NCBI GenBank assembly: GCA_905178155.1
Contig: CAJINV010000009.1
Location: forward strand, 1,485,907 to 1,549,906
Direction: 5' to 3'
DNA: 64,000 nucleotides
Source of the DNA: Amoebophrya sp. A120
Taxonomy: Eukaryota; Protista; Dinoflagellata
The translations under genes and the position numbers were made by a program. Each line of letters starts with the position of its first letter. Position 1 is the stretch's first letter. The notes under the pieces are model-generated. The model was not told the DNA's origin, did not search any database, and worked only from the letters and a program-made list of their open reading frames with translations. Shown here piece by piece: positions 1-11,777 of this stretch.

Positions 1-927
1 AGCACGACCAGAACCTTGTTGGAGTCGCCGTCCTCCCCGAAGAAAACGGAAAACCTGATCACGAAAAGTCTACTCGACGATTTGTACGACGATTTTGAGG
101 ATTTGAGCGGAAACAACTTTGAAGGAGCGGAGGAGCTTTCCGCGAACCAGCCAGGGGACTTCGGGTCTTTTCGTCAGGGGGCTACGTCGCGCAGCGGGAA
201 CAACGGGCAGCATAGTTCTTCGCAGAAGAGCAATAGCGCGTTGCCGGGCGGGAATGTCATCGTCGTTCCGGAGTTGAGTACCGAAGTTTTGCAGCGACTA
301 AGGGACACGTTTGATGCGACAAAGCGTGTCTGGGAGCTCGCGGAAACGTGGGCGGTAAACGTCCAGAGCTGGCTGAATACGCCGTTTGTCACATCCCTGC
401 TGCAGAACTTCGACCAGAATGTCGCGCAGAAATGCGAGGAGACGATGCGGCAAATCGACGACCTCCTGGAAATCGACAAAAATCTGGCAGCCTCCGGTAG
501 CGGTGACCATTTTCAGCTCCAACTGGACCGAAAGTCGCAACGAAACAACACCAATGCGGCAGTCGGAAAGGAAAGGAGCTACACCGGTGGAAGCAGTAGT
601 CCTGCGAGCAGAAATACGAGTCCTAGGCCGCTGACAAACCTGATCCTGGCGCTGAGAAAAGAGATGGAGAAGTGGACGGTCGAAAAGAACCCGACTCTGC
701 TTTTACTAGCAAATATCGGTCCGCAGCAGGGAGCTGCTACCGGGCAACAATTCCCCCTCAGCTCGTCGAGCATCTGGGAGCACGTTTTCAAAGAGTGCGG
801 GGTGCCGGCAAATTCCACCATAGCCGCACAAGTGCAGACCATTTCGCTGGCGAATTTGGAGAATTACGGCCTGTTTTGGAAAAAAAAGGACTTCTTGCAG
901 CAAATTGCCCGGGATTACTCGTCCTAG
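1..927 (+). CDS. 3' part of an unknown protein (5' end outside window)
   Basis: The frame is open from the window start to TAG at 925-927 (303-aa ORF from 16) and is followed by AT-rich intergenic DNA. No recognisable motif. Confidence 0.6.
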   Translation, partial: STTRTLLESPSSPKKTENLITKSLLDDLYDDFEDLSGNNFEGAEELSANQPGDFGSFRQGATSRSGNNGQHSSSQKSNSALPGGNVIVVPELSTEVLQRLRDTFDATKRVWELAETWAVNVQSWLNTPFVTSLLQNFDQNVAQKCEETMRQIDDLLEIDKNLAASGSGDHFQLQLDRKSQRNNTNAAVGKERSYTGGSSSPASRNTSPRPLTNLILALRKEMEKWTVEKNPTLLLLANIGPQQGAATGQQFPLSSSSIWEHVFKECGVPANSTIAAQVQTISLANLENYGLFWKKKDFLQQIARDYSS

Positions 928-1997
928 AGCACATGACTTGTCTTGGGTCCACATTGCTTTTTTCATGTAACTGAGTTGCGTTTTACATTTACTGTTTCTG
1001 TTTCACTATTTGATAATATTTGTCGCTTCCTGAAGTTGTGGCTGAAAACGAATAAGCTCATCTTCCATCCCATATAAAGGAAGATCAACGAAGATGACTC
1101 TCTCCGCAAGTAGTTCCGCCAAATGACGAGTAAAGGGCATCGCCTACTGGAAAAGTAAAGACATGAATTATGTGCCGGAGAATCTATGTGCCGGAGAATC
1201 ATGAAGTTGAAGACTAGTAAACGAAAATTTAGAACATGAACAAATATTAGATGAAAAATCTATAGCAAGTAGAACCGGTGCTTTGACGCCATGCCCACGC
1301 TTTGGGCCTTGAACCTTTGACGCCATACCCAGGCAAGGAAAGAAAGAAAGCGCCGGTGCTGCGGTCAGAGCATACAGTAGATCGTGATCTCAAAAGTATC
1401 GCAAGAAGTGTATAAAAATGAATTCGAAAACTTGATGACCTACAGCAGTCTTGCTGATCGAAAAATGTAAAGAAATGACGTACAAGCTGCACGACTCCGA
1501 GATGGAAGACATATTACACCGCAGCTCGTACAAGTTCCATTTGATCCGATCGTAGAGAAATCAATCTGTGTTCATCGACTACTCACGACGTAAAATCACG
1601 CTTTTTTCATCTCGGCGCGAGCTTGTCTAGACGATCAAAGAAGGAGAATGAATTCGACGGCTCGCGGCCAAAGATAAGGAAGCAAGTTAGTAAAGACATT
1701 ACTGTGAAAAAAGTTCGAGTAGTGCTTTGTAGACCATACTAAACTAAGAAACTAAGTAGATGCCAGAGCCAGTTGGAATCGCGCTCGTCTAACGTTAGTG
1801 AAGCGCTTCGTAAAGCTAAAGCAAATACTATCTCAACTTTTTCTTTTTCGTTTCAAATCCGCTATCAAAAAGACCGTGACTGTTTGTAACTGAAACTGTA
1901 GGATTATAGAGACCCGTACAAACGAGATATCTTTTTTTCGGTATTTGTTTCTGTATGATTTTTGTAACAGAGAAGCTGAACAAGTACAAGCAAAAGA

Positions 1998-3809
1998 ATG
2001 AGAAAGGTTTCCTCGCGTCACGGCGAAAGCCCGATGTCGCTGCTTTCCAGATCAAAAATCGGCGGCCTTGTACTTCTCGTCTTTCAGCTGCAGGCTGGTT
2101 TGAAAGAAGTTCGATGTTCGCTGATGCAGACCACGACACCGGTCGACAGCAAGCAGACCACGACACCGGTCGACAGCACGACACTGGTCGACTGTAATGG
2201 ATATTACCGCCCTGTCGGCGGGCACCCGCCAAATCAGCTGCCTTCCAGCAGACACAACTACTTTCCCTCTACAACGTTAAAACCGAAGACAAAACAGATC
2301 TCCGCTCGTGCGCATGCGGCCAGCAACCAACCAGAACAGACCTCCGCTTGTACTGCTGAACAAGACTTGCCCGAAGCGGGGTCGGGCAGAACGGTGATGC
2401 CGCCGGACTTACTTTCGCATTACGGAAATCATTTGATAGCTGACGGTGCTGCAGCTGGATCTGGTGTCGGGGTTGCAGCTGCATCTGCTGAGGAAGGTGC
2501 ACCTGACGGGGCCCCAACGTCGCCGGCGGCGGAAACTTCTTTTAGAATAGACACTTCGGATGAGGAAGTCGACGGTGACGATTCGTCGAACGCGAGTCGA
2601 GACCAACATTTGAAACCCTCCGGTATCGGAGATGAATACGAGGAGGCTTTCGAGATCTGCAACGATCGTGCCCAGAAGGAGCAGAAAAGAAAAGCTTTTC
2701 TGAATGGAGCCAAGCGAATTTTGACGAAGACGGGGCCATTTCTCACGCTGGCCTGCTTGTGGCACCAGGGAGTCGTGCAACAGAAGGCACACCAGGCACT
2801 CGCGTTCCTGGACCGACAGGCGGCAATTCCCGGTTCCACGGCTTGGCATGAGTTGCAGAGCAGGGAGATGCGGAGAAAGCAGAAAGAGCAAGAATTTTTT
2901 GCCGCCTATGAGCAGAACTACACGGCTACCATCGACAAGCTGAGTGCCACTGTCTTGCGCGCCGCGGATGAGGCGGCTCTGCGTTCGGTGGAACACATCA
3001 CCACTCTGGACCATGCGTACGATACCACTGGCAGTGACGGTATCGATCTGAATAAAGCACTGACTGTTCCGGACCATATCCGGGACGCTGTGACTGCCGA
3101 CCAAGAAGTAGTCGCAAAGCTAGCGTCGCTGCGTGGCTTGCGGAAGGATAACATAAGGCAGCTTCGCGACCAAAGAACCTCTGCCCTTATTCGGGAAGCC
3201 AAACACACGGCCGTCACGTTTGTAACTATGCTGCAATGGCTCCCGCGCACCGCAAACGGCGATTTGCCGGCAGACCAGCACGATAAGATCATGTCAATGC
3301 TCGATAGATTCACAGACGGTGGGCTCGCACAAGAACTCAGGGAAACATGGTTCACAGCGAATGCAACGGGGTATTCGTGGAGACAAAGAGAGAAAGATCT
3401 GGGGGACGCGTGGGCAAAAACACTTTCGGATTATAATCAACTTTGGTGGCCTATTGGAGGTGAGGCATCTCCGCTGGAGGCAGAAGCTTCAGTGGCCGGA
3501 GTTTCGGCCCCGGTCTCCTCCGACAATTCGGACGCAGCTTGGACTCTAACGAGAAAAGCTCGGGACTCCTCAGCCACCCCGCCGGGCCGTTCCAACACGC
3601 AGCTGCGTCAACAGTGCTCGAGCTTCATTGACAGGTGGCAGAAAAGAATCAGGCAAGCCGCAGACGGTGCGAAACATGTAAGGTTCACCAACATGAAAAG
3701 TCCGAACCCTAGTTTGCAAGACTCCCAGAAGCGCAGGCTTCGGCCAGTAGTTTCACCTGGCGCAATCATTGCGACTGTGGTTGCTACCGCTTTCGCGGCA
3801 TGTCTGTAG
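1998..3809 (+). CDS. Hypothetical secreted/surface protein, 603 aa
   Basis: Intronless ORF from ATG. N-terminal hydrophobic stretch (IGGLVLLVFQLQAG), TTTPVDS repeat, central helical region, hydrophobic C-terminus (AIIATVVATAFAACL) resembling a GPI/TM anchor. Confidence 0.7.
   Translation: MRKVSSRHGESPMSLLSRSKIGGLVLLVFQLQAGLKEVRCSLMQTTTPVDSKQTTTPVDSTTLVDCNGYYRPVGGHPPNQLPSSRHNYFPSTTLKPKTKQISARAHAASNQPEQTSACTAEQDLPEAGSGRTVMPPDLLSHYGNHLIADGAAAGSGVGVAAASAEEGAPDGAPTSPAAETSFRIDTSDEEVDGDDSSNASRDQHLKPSGIGDEYEEAFEICNDRAQKEQKRKAFLNGAKRILTKTGPFLTLACLWHQGVVQQKAHQALAFLDRQAAIPGSTAWHELQSREMRRKQKEQEFFAAYEQNYTATIDKLSATVLRAADEAALRSVEHITTLDHAYDTTGSDGIDLNKALTVPDHIRDAVTADQEVVAKLASLRGLRKDNIRQLRDQRTSALIREAKHTAVTFVTMLQWLPRTANGDLPADQHDKIMSMLDRFTDGGLAQELRETWFTANATGYSWRQREKDLGDAWAKTLSDYNQLWWPIGGEASPLEAEASVAGVSAPVSSDNSDAAWTLTRKARDSSATPPGRSNTQLRQQCSSFIDRWQKRIRQAADGAKHVRFTNMKSPNPSLQDSQKRRLRPVVSPGAIIATVVATAFAACL
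2126..2192 (+). repeat. 27-nt coding tandem repeat, about 2.5 copies (QTTTPVDSK)
   Basis: gcagaccacgacaccggtcgacagca at 2126 and 2153; partial third copy at 2177-2192. Confidence 0.85.
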
Positions 3810-4777
3810 AATTATCGAGCTGGTGCCTGCTGTGACTAGCTGCAGAGTTCCTTCCGCAGGTACCGAAAGAGGGCAGCGCTCCGACCACATTCCCTAGATT
3901 CACTTTAAAACTGTGGTTGAACTGGTTTGGTCACATCTCATAGCTTCTTGTTTCTGTTTCTGTTTCAGTATTTACATAAGAGCTGGGAAATCATTCTCAC
4001 CCCGTCAGCATGGTAAATCATTCATTCGTTCTTTTTTTTTTACGTGGTAAACGGACAAACTCCTCATTGGATTGCATGTTAACCTCAGCTGGCATGTACG
4101 TAATAATCAGAGTAATTAGGAAAAGAGACGTGAAGTTTTTCAATCTCTTTTGTAAGATATCTACGCTCATAATCTGCTTGTAAACAACATAATCTGCTTG
4201 TAAAATATCGAATGCACATGTATAATCTGCAGGAAAGACATAGAACAAAATGAGTACGACATATTTTTAGAAGACCGAGAACCGTCATATTGAATCAAGC
4301 AGCAGCACAGGTCAAAGACAAATACGAAAATCTGAATCGGATTGTCGATGATCGTTCAGAAACTGGTGTTCTTCGTCGTCTTTTTTTCGTGAGGTTTCTG
4401 TTTGAACAAGTTTGTGAGTGTGAAGAGCACGATTCCAGTTCATTCTGATAAAAACTTCTTATTGGGTTTGGGGCTCGGAAGGAGCACAGAAATGTGGAAG
4501 TGATCGAGAGATGATGCACTGTGCGAACATACTTTTTTTGGACTTTGCTGGAGTGATGAAGTGGCAAAATTCCAAATTTTGTCCAAAAGCGAGACTGTAT
4601 ATTTAACCAGCGACCCGTCGGGTTTTTCATCTTTTTACCCTCGTAGTCGTTTTCCCCCGAAGATGATTGCCACCGCTGTCACCCCATCCACAGCTGTTTT
4701 CTACTCATTTTACTTTCCTAGCATAATTCCGCATCGACAGGGTAAAACAAAAATGCGATTTTCCACAAAAATGATCG

Positions 4778-7700
4778 ATGTCTTCTCGTAACCGGCGGCT
4801 GGCGACGCTGCTGCAGCGGTTCGGCGTAGAGAGCACGGTGCATAATTCCGGTGCGAACAAGGAGGAGAAGCAGAAGGCGCTTCGGCAGGCCTACTTCAAA
4901 CTTGCGAAGTCGGCGCACCCGGACGCGGCCCCGGAGTCCCTACGAGAGCAGGCGGAGCGAAACTTCGTGTCGTTGAACCGCCAATACGAGGAGGCGAGGA
5001 CGCTGTTGGAGCAGGAAGACACCTATTTTGCGCAACAGAGGAATTATTACGAGCATGCTCCACCCCACGAGGATGGCAGTACAACTGCAAGTGGAGGACC
5101 ACGCGGCGGCCCCGGTTACAACCCCTTCCAGCGCACTGGCAGTACGCGCACGGTGGGGAACAATCCCTTTGAAGACATGTGGGCCGAGACGGAGCAGACG
5201 AAAAGGTCGGAGAAGGACTTTCAGGCCGGAACCACCGCTGGCGTGCACACGCGCTACACGTTTTACCGCAACCAGGACGCCAACAACAAACACCATTTCC
5301 ACTGGACGGAGCGCGACCCGCAGGATTTGCTGCAGCAGAGCGACGCGTTTTCTTTCTTCGATAAGGCGAAAGCGGTGACGCTGGTCACGGGGGTGCTGTT
5401 TGGCTTCTACGTCGGGAGCCGGTTCACCGCGTCCGGAAAAACCTCATGGTTCGATCCCGCGAACGCCTCGGAGAAACCGATCGGGTTGACCAAGCCCGAC
5501 TACAAAATCGGGGTTTGGGTGGACGTATCAAATGCAAAAATGCCTGGGTCTGGAAGAATGCGCGACTTGTCATGCAGCTTTTCCATGACCCATGAGGTCT
5601 AGAATGCAGGACCTAGCATGACAGATTCTGTGCGATCTCTCTCATGCCTATTCTGCATGAGAAACTCCCTCCCGACTTGGTCAAAACTGGACGACTTTTG
5701 GTAATCATGCAACACAGATTTTTGCATGCGTCAGATTTAGCATGACAAGTTGCATTCTTCCAGACCCAGACATTTTTACATTTGATAGGACGCCGACACG
5801 GGCGAGAGCGTGGACGCGCGCGCGTTGCGTCGTGAATGGCTCGAGCAGTCCTGGTGGAAAAGCCTGCCTTTTGATCATGTCCTGTCTGGCGGCGCGCCGG
5901 TGGGAAGAATAAAAGCTTTCCATCCGAACGCGTTTGCGCCGAACTATTATTCCGCAGGTGTTGATGTCGATGAAGATACACGAAATAATTTTGGAGTGGA
6001 CGATGCTCGTGGACCGGCGACAGAGGATCAACTACACTCCGACGCAGTAGACAGCACCGTGAGTGTGTATCTAAAGCCGACCCTGCTGCGACTCGTCGAC
6101 TTCGCGATGGTATGGATTGCAAAAATGTCTGGGTCTGGAAGAGTTGGAACTTGTCATGCTGTTTTTGGACTCCAAAAAAAATTTTATTGCATGGCCAGCA
6201 ATAAGGGTGCACTTTGGGCCACACGGATAGGGCATTTCTCATGCGGAATGTGCATCAGGAAGCCCTCCAGAAGTCTGCGATGCTAGGTCATGCATTACAG
6301 GCGTCATGGGTCATGAGAAAGATGCATGACAAGTCTTGCATTCTTCCAGACCCAGACACTTTTGCATTTGATAGATGGACTTCGGGACCCCGATGCGCGA
6401 CGTGTACGATCGACGGGACTACTTTCGCGGGAGTCACATGTTTCGTCGGACCAGGTTATGCATTGCAAAAATGTCTGGGTCTGCCTCTGCAAGAATGCAA
6501 GATTTGTGATGCAGGTTTTCCATGTCCCATGAGGTCTGGAATGCGAGACCCAGCATGACAGATTCTTTGAGGTCTCTAGCATGCCTTTCCTGCATGAGAA
6601 ACTCCCTCTCAACTTGGTCAAAAGGGGACAGCTTTTGGCACTCATGCAACACAGATTTTTGCATTATTCGGAATTAGCATGACAAGTTGCAATCTTCCAG
6701 ATGCAGACATTTTTGCAATCCATACAGGTCCGAGCCGATTGTGGTGTTGGAGGAGGAGCAGGAGTTTGTCGTGTGTCTGCAGGAGAACGCAATTGAAGTA
6801 GCAGAGAACAAGAACAACACTATTTCTGGTGGCACTTCGTCAACAACATCCATCAGTTCCGCTCTGAAGGTTGCGGCAACTACTGCGTGTCCAACAAAGG
6901 AGGAAATCTCGCGAGATTCGACGACAGTAGAAGTGGACCCAGCATCCTCCTGGAATCAACCAGGCAACGAGGATTGTGCCAACGATAGTGGCGTGATGTT
7001 GCTGGACATGACATCTACAACTTCCAGTGTTGACCCATTGGAAGTATCATCTACAACGACTGCGGATGATACAGCGGAATCTGTAGCAGGAGCTCCGGAA
7101 ACATCTTTGCAGTTGCAGCGGCAGAGCGTGGCAAAAAAGATGTCGACGGCCAACCCCGTCGTTGTGTCCTGCGTTGCCAACAATCTCGACTCGTCATCTC
7201 CCGTTTTACTGCTGTGGCGGCAGGAAGTTGTAAACAGAGACGACCTAGTCCTAGACGTTCCTGCAACCGAACCTGTGCGCAGCGGAGTTCAGCGAGCAAC
7301 TGGTCAAGCACGGAAACTTGCAGAAAATAGAACAAGTCCTGAACAACAAACTGTATCGACAGGCAGTAGCACGAAGAAGCCGCTTTTGCGGGGTCGTTCT
7401 GGTGGTAATTTGCGGAGGAAAAGGAGCGTCACGGATCCGCTGGCTCGAACCCGTTCTGGGTCCTTGGGAATGGTCCCTGCCGATCTTGCGGCGAATGACG
7501 TTTCGTTGGGCACACCGTCGCAAACTACACATGCTGCATACCCTTCGGAGACAGCGGGTGTTGAGACGCGGCCGAGGCAGCATCAGTCGTCAGATGATAA
7601 TCTTCTCTCTGCTCACCAAGACCCGCGCGCGTCCGTCTGGATCATGACGCCGCCCTGGTATCGTGATTCGGTGCCGCAGGAAGCGTTAGCCACTGACCGA

Positions 7701-8525
7701 GAAGCGCAGGAAGCGGTCGTTACGCGCGGGCTCGTGGAGCTCTATGATCCAGTCATGAGGAAAAAGATCGGCTGGAACGAGGGAGAAGCAATTTCGAATG
7801 GAGACGGTGGAACAAGCAATTCTATTTCGAGTAGCACTTCTTCCTCTACGAGAACCTCCGTGAGGACAGGACTTCTAAGCGGCCAAGGGCAGCAGGATGA
7901 TTTTCTGCAAAACGCAAACAACCACAGCCAGCATTTCGACAAAAGTTCCGCGGCGAACCCCGCGCTAATCGACAGCACACGGTACGGCGACATTTCCGGC
8001 TTGCACCGAACGCGGTCCTATCTCCAGCATAATCTACTACCATTACGTGAAGAAGGGCAAGGGAGTCTAGTTTCTGGGTCTTCATCATATGCGCGAGGAG
8101 CTGGCGAGCAACAGGGCATACTTCAACACCACACGACCGCGGAAGATGGACACTATGACAAATCCGCACCAGCAGCACACATAGCTGCGGGAGAAGGGTC
8201 TTTCGCTGTTGTAGAGCGATCGACCGGCCAGACGGTCGTGCCAGCAGATGAAATTCCATCCAGCCACGGCCTCGCGAGAACAACCGCGAACCACCCACGA
8301 CCGTTGGACCCACGTACGCTGACGCGGAGCTCACGGCAGGAGCAGCGGCTTATGCTCAAGGAGAAGAATCTGAAGCGGGAACAAGAGCGACTTGCGTCTC
8401 AGATCGAGAAGACCAACGCGCGAGCGGCCGAGAAAATGTCAAGCAGTATCAGGGGAGAGAAAGAAGAACCAAATTCATACTTGATCATCGATAATGTTTT
8501 CAAACGAATCATCGGTCTCAGCTAG
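4778..8525 (+). CDS. DnaJ/J-domain protein with a TM segment and a long low-complexity C-terminus. Exons 4778-5524, 5789-6109, 6375-6454, 6728-8525
   Basis: J domain with HPD motif (LRQAYFKLAKSAHPD...ERNFVSLNRQYEEA). Removing three GT-AG introner introns (5525-5788, 6110-6374, 6455-6727) joins the ORFs at 4778, 5810 and 6687 in frame. Confidence 0.8.
5526..5787 (+). mobile_element. Family A TIR introner copy A1 (262 bp, TSD GGACG)
   Basis: ~50-bp imperfect TIR tatcaaatgcaaaaatgcctgggtctggaagaatgc... / ...gcattcttccagacccagacatttttacatttgata. GGACG at 5521-5525 and 5788-5792. Confidence 0.92.
6111..6373 (-). mobile_element. Family A TIR introner copy A2 (263 bp, TSD GATGG), reverse orientation relative to A1
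   Basis: Same TIR core (aaaaatgtctgggtctggaaga / tcttccagacccagaca). GATGG at 6106-6110 and 6374-6378. The interior is the reverse complement of the A1 interior. Confidence 0.9.
6457..6724 (+). mobile_element. Family A TIR introner copy A3 (268 bp, TSD CAGGT)
   Basis: tatgcattgcaaaaatgtctgggtctg...cagacatttttgcaatccata. CAGGT at 6452-6456 and 6725-6729. Interior colinear with A1. Confidence 0.9.
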
Positions 8526-11500
8526 CGATAAGGAAAGAGGAAGTGAAATAGAATCACTTTGTAGCGCTGGTGCAACTACAGACGACAAGTCTTTGCGAAC
8601 ATGTTACAAATGATCCACCAACTCCTGCTTATTGCACTATGTAACCCGTGGTCCTCGGTGCGTGGGGATGGCAAATCAATGAAACGACAAGACGCAGTCT
8701 GCTGATTGTAAATGCTTGCTCGAACGCCAACGCAAATGAAAACAGATACAAAATCTGGTCAGGGACAAAAATGAATAAGAATCGCGATCAATGCAAATAA
8801 AATCAAAAAACCTGATCTGGTCCTGGTCGCCGTGCACAGTAAGTATGTCGGATCAACTACAAAATCCAGCGTTCGGAGGACAATCCCGTTGTTCGCGTTC
8901 CAAATGAAGTCGCGTCTGTACGGCCCAGCAAAGGAAAATTCCAAGATCCTGAAGCGGTCCTTCTCTGCAGTTGCGAGAGCGATGAATAACCTGTGTTGCG
9001 AAAACCGTTTTCACAATGCTGCGCCGGAAGATATACAACAGACAATCTTCAGTGACTGTAGCTACCTCTGAGACAGCTCTACCGATGATTTTAGAAATGG
9101 TAGACCTCACACGTAGCGTATTGTTGATTTAATTTCAGAAAAAAAAGTATACACACCACTTCTGCCTGAAGTAGATCTATTGAGTGAAGAGTTAGAGTGC
9201 TTGTAGGTTATTATTTCCTGTGTGCCGGAAACAGAAAGTAGATACTTATTGATAGTGCCAGTTGTTTGTTCATCATTGAGGTCGGCTTAGTGGCAATTTA
9301 TTTAGCCAAAATAGGCTTCGATCTTCAATATTTCTCGAATATGAATATCTGAAGCCCTCAATGCGGAAATAATTTTTTACAGTGCGATAATCTCATTGTT
9401 TGAAAGGTCGATTTTATTACGCCACCATACGTCCTGCTGACGTAAGCACCGGTCGAAAGTGCTTTTTTGGAAAAGAAGTACTTGCTTTTCCTCGCAAACA
9501 CCGAGCACCATCACTCAGCACCCTGCGCGGTCGTTCACCAGACGCGCCAGAGTACCAAGTTCTTAGTTCGATTTTTTTGGCATCTCGCGATCCCACAGAT
9601 CCAGACTTCGGTATAATACTGTAAATATGCAGTGGCGCTTGTATTTCAACCATCCACTTACCTTCACCATCTGATTGGTTGCAAACTTCGCCTCTGCACA
9701 TGTCTGGAACAAGGTGCTAAATCAAGAACGACACTTGTGCTCTTTGTTCTTACGCAGACGCTCGGCTATTTTACCTATTTTTTGCGCATAGGTACGTACG
9801 GCTAGTACAGGCACTGCCACTGGCACTAAAAGAAGCATAGCATACGAATACAGCTGCATTCTGCAGCATATACAACGCATAGGAACTACGGCGGTCGTCC
9901 CGTCAGGTGCCAGTGCCGAAGTCTAACGTTTGAAAAGAGTTTCTTAAATTTGTGAAATTTCCACTCGGAGGTATTTTTACAAGTACATACGCACATCATC
10001 AGCACCGCTTTGCTTCGGTGCTGCCACCAGTTCCGGCTGCGGTAGAGTCGTTGCAAAGTTACTTAGTGCAGTAGAACATTTTTCACATTTTCACGTTTCT
10101 CTATCTTTTCTAAATTTGTACCTCTCCCCGTCGAAACACGGCTGCATTGACTGTACAGTGTATTTTGTAGCCGTTAGGAACAGAGTCACTGTGCAGAGAC
10201 ACGCACAGTAGCTTTGTCTCGACTTATACTGTGAAGGACCTCCCCACCTCCTCCGTCACCTTAGTGCACCGTTTGCTTAGGTGATCCCCAGGCGCAGCCA
10301 GGCTATTGCAATACGGCAGATTTTCAGAAGCTGCAACGTCGTTTCAGCGGACGAGAAAATGTCGTAGTGCGAAAATTTGGCTCAACACCGCCATTTTCGC
10401 TACTTTGTAAAATTTTTTTCCCCACCAACTGAACCCCCAGACTCCACTGGTTCTTGTAAAAGTTTACTATAGAGACTGCTCTGATAAAGAACGAACGAAA
10501 AAGGCGCGGTGCTTCGGCTTGTTGTACTACATTGTTACAATCGACCGACCTTAAGAAGTCGTGCTGCTTGTAGAGTTCAGCCTCATCGGCCCCGCCACTT
10601 TGGTTGCTCCATCCTTGAATCAGCTTCAAGCTGGAACAAGTATGTAAGTAATTATCTTCTATCGATACTAGAAAGAGGCTCTAGCTCGGATTGAGTCTAG
10701 AACAGACATACATGTTGGAAGAGGCATTTCTAGACGATTATGTATGATTGATCTAGAAACCACACGAAGCGCATACGTTAAAGTTTAACATCACAAGTGG
10801 AAAAATCAATCGGATTTCTTATAGCACTAAAATACAATACGTCTCGGACGAAGACAGACTGCTATAATAAGTTATCATAGGAGACTGATCGCCTACTCTC
10901 GCTCTCTCCGACGATACTAATCTGAGAAAACATAAAAAGAAGTCATGGCCTCATTACGACATCCACTGCCCGCGGGAACTCACGCTGGAAAAGAAAAAAA
11001 GCGAAAGACGAAAGACGAGCCGGGGATGTTGTTTCTGAAAACATGACGAAGATCCATTGCCGACCAGTTTTGTACTCTTGACCATCGATTACAGCAAAAC
11101 CGACGACAACAACTCAACGAAATTCTTAAGCTGGTGAAGGCAAAAACTGTGGGCTCTCCCTGCCCGAATACACCATTTGTTACTCCACAAGCACCTACCA
11201 CCTGACCTTTCGATCCGACAGGAGATAGAAGGGGGCAAAGCAGGTGAAGCAATATTACCACCAAGAAGTTTATTCTTGTTACCTTTTATTCCCCCAGCGA
11301 CACGAACATAAATCCTTTTTTTCACCTCGCGCACGACTAAAACCGCCCCGCAAATACGATTTGAAGGGGAGGACGCAGAACCACGAAAAAGCAGGAATCA
11401 GTATCGCCAGAGCCGAGCGTCTTCCCGATTCATTTGAGCCACCAGTTAACCCTAATTCAGTTTGGCAGATCATCGCAACAACTTCTGGAAAAGCTCGGAT

Positions 11501-11777
11501 CCAGCACACATTGCTTGGAAGCCGAAACGATCGGAGAAGTTTTCTGCCTGCAAGCAAAGAGGACCCTTCTTTTGCCGAATTAACAGAATTGCCTTACCAC
11601 GTTCATCCCTGCTGCAGCTGCAACTGTTTTATTGTGGACAATAATTTTTCTGAAAAACAATAACAAAAACGGAGCCAAAAACAACAGACGAAACCAGCTA
11701 ACATCAAAAGATCCACGAAGAAGCGAAGACGGCCATCAAGCTGGCGAACAACAGACAAAAAGTGACAAGTCCTTAGC

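Noticed and set aside
1168-4230. Short tandem duplications (16 bp near 1170-1200; 20 bp near 4168-4204)
   Set aside because: Two-copy slippage-type duplications in intergenic DNA with no sign of function.
5613-6664. ORFs with recurring peptides such as KMSGSGR / PDPDTF / FQTQTF
   Set aside because: These are translations of the introner TIRs, not a repeat protein or a transposase.
10362-10400. TTTGGCTCAA (and TGGCTCAAG near 51672) resembling a dinoflagellate spliced-leader relic
   Set aside because: Matches are only 9-10 nt and are not directly upstream of a start codon; compatible with chance.
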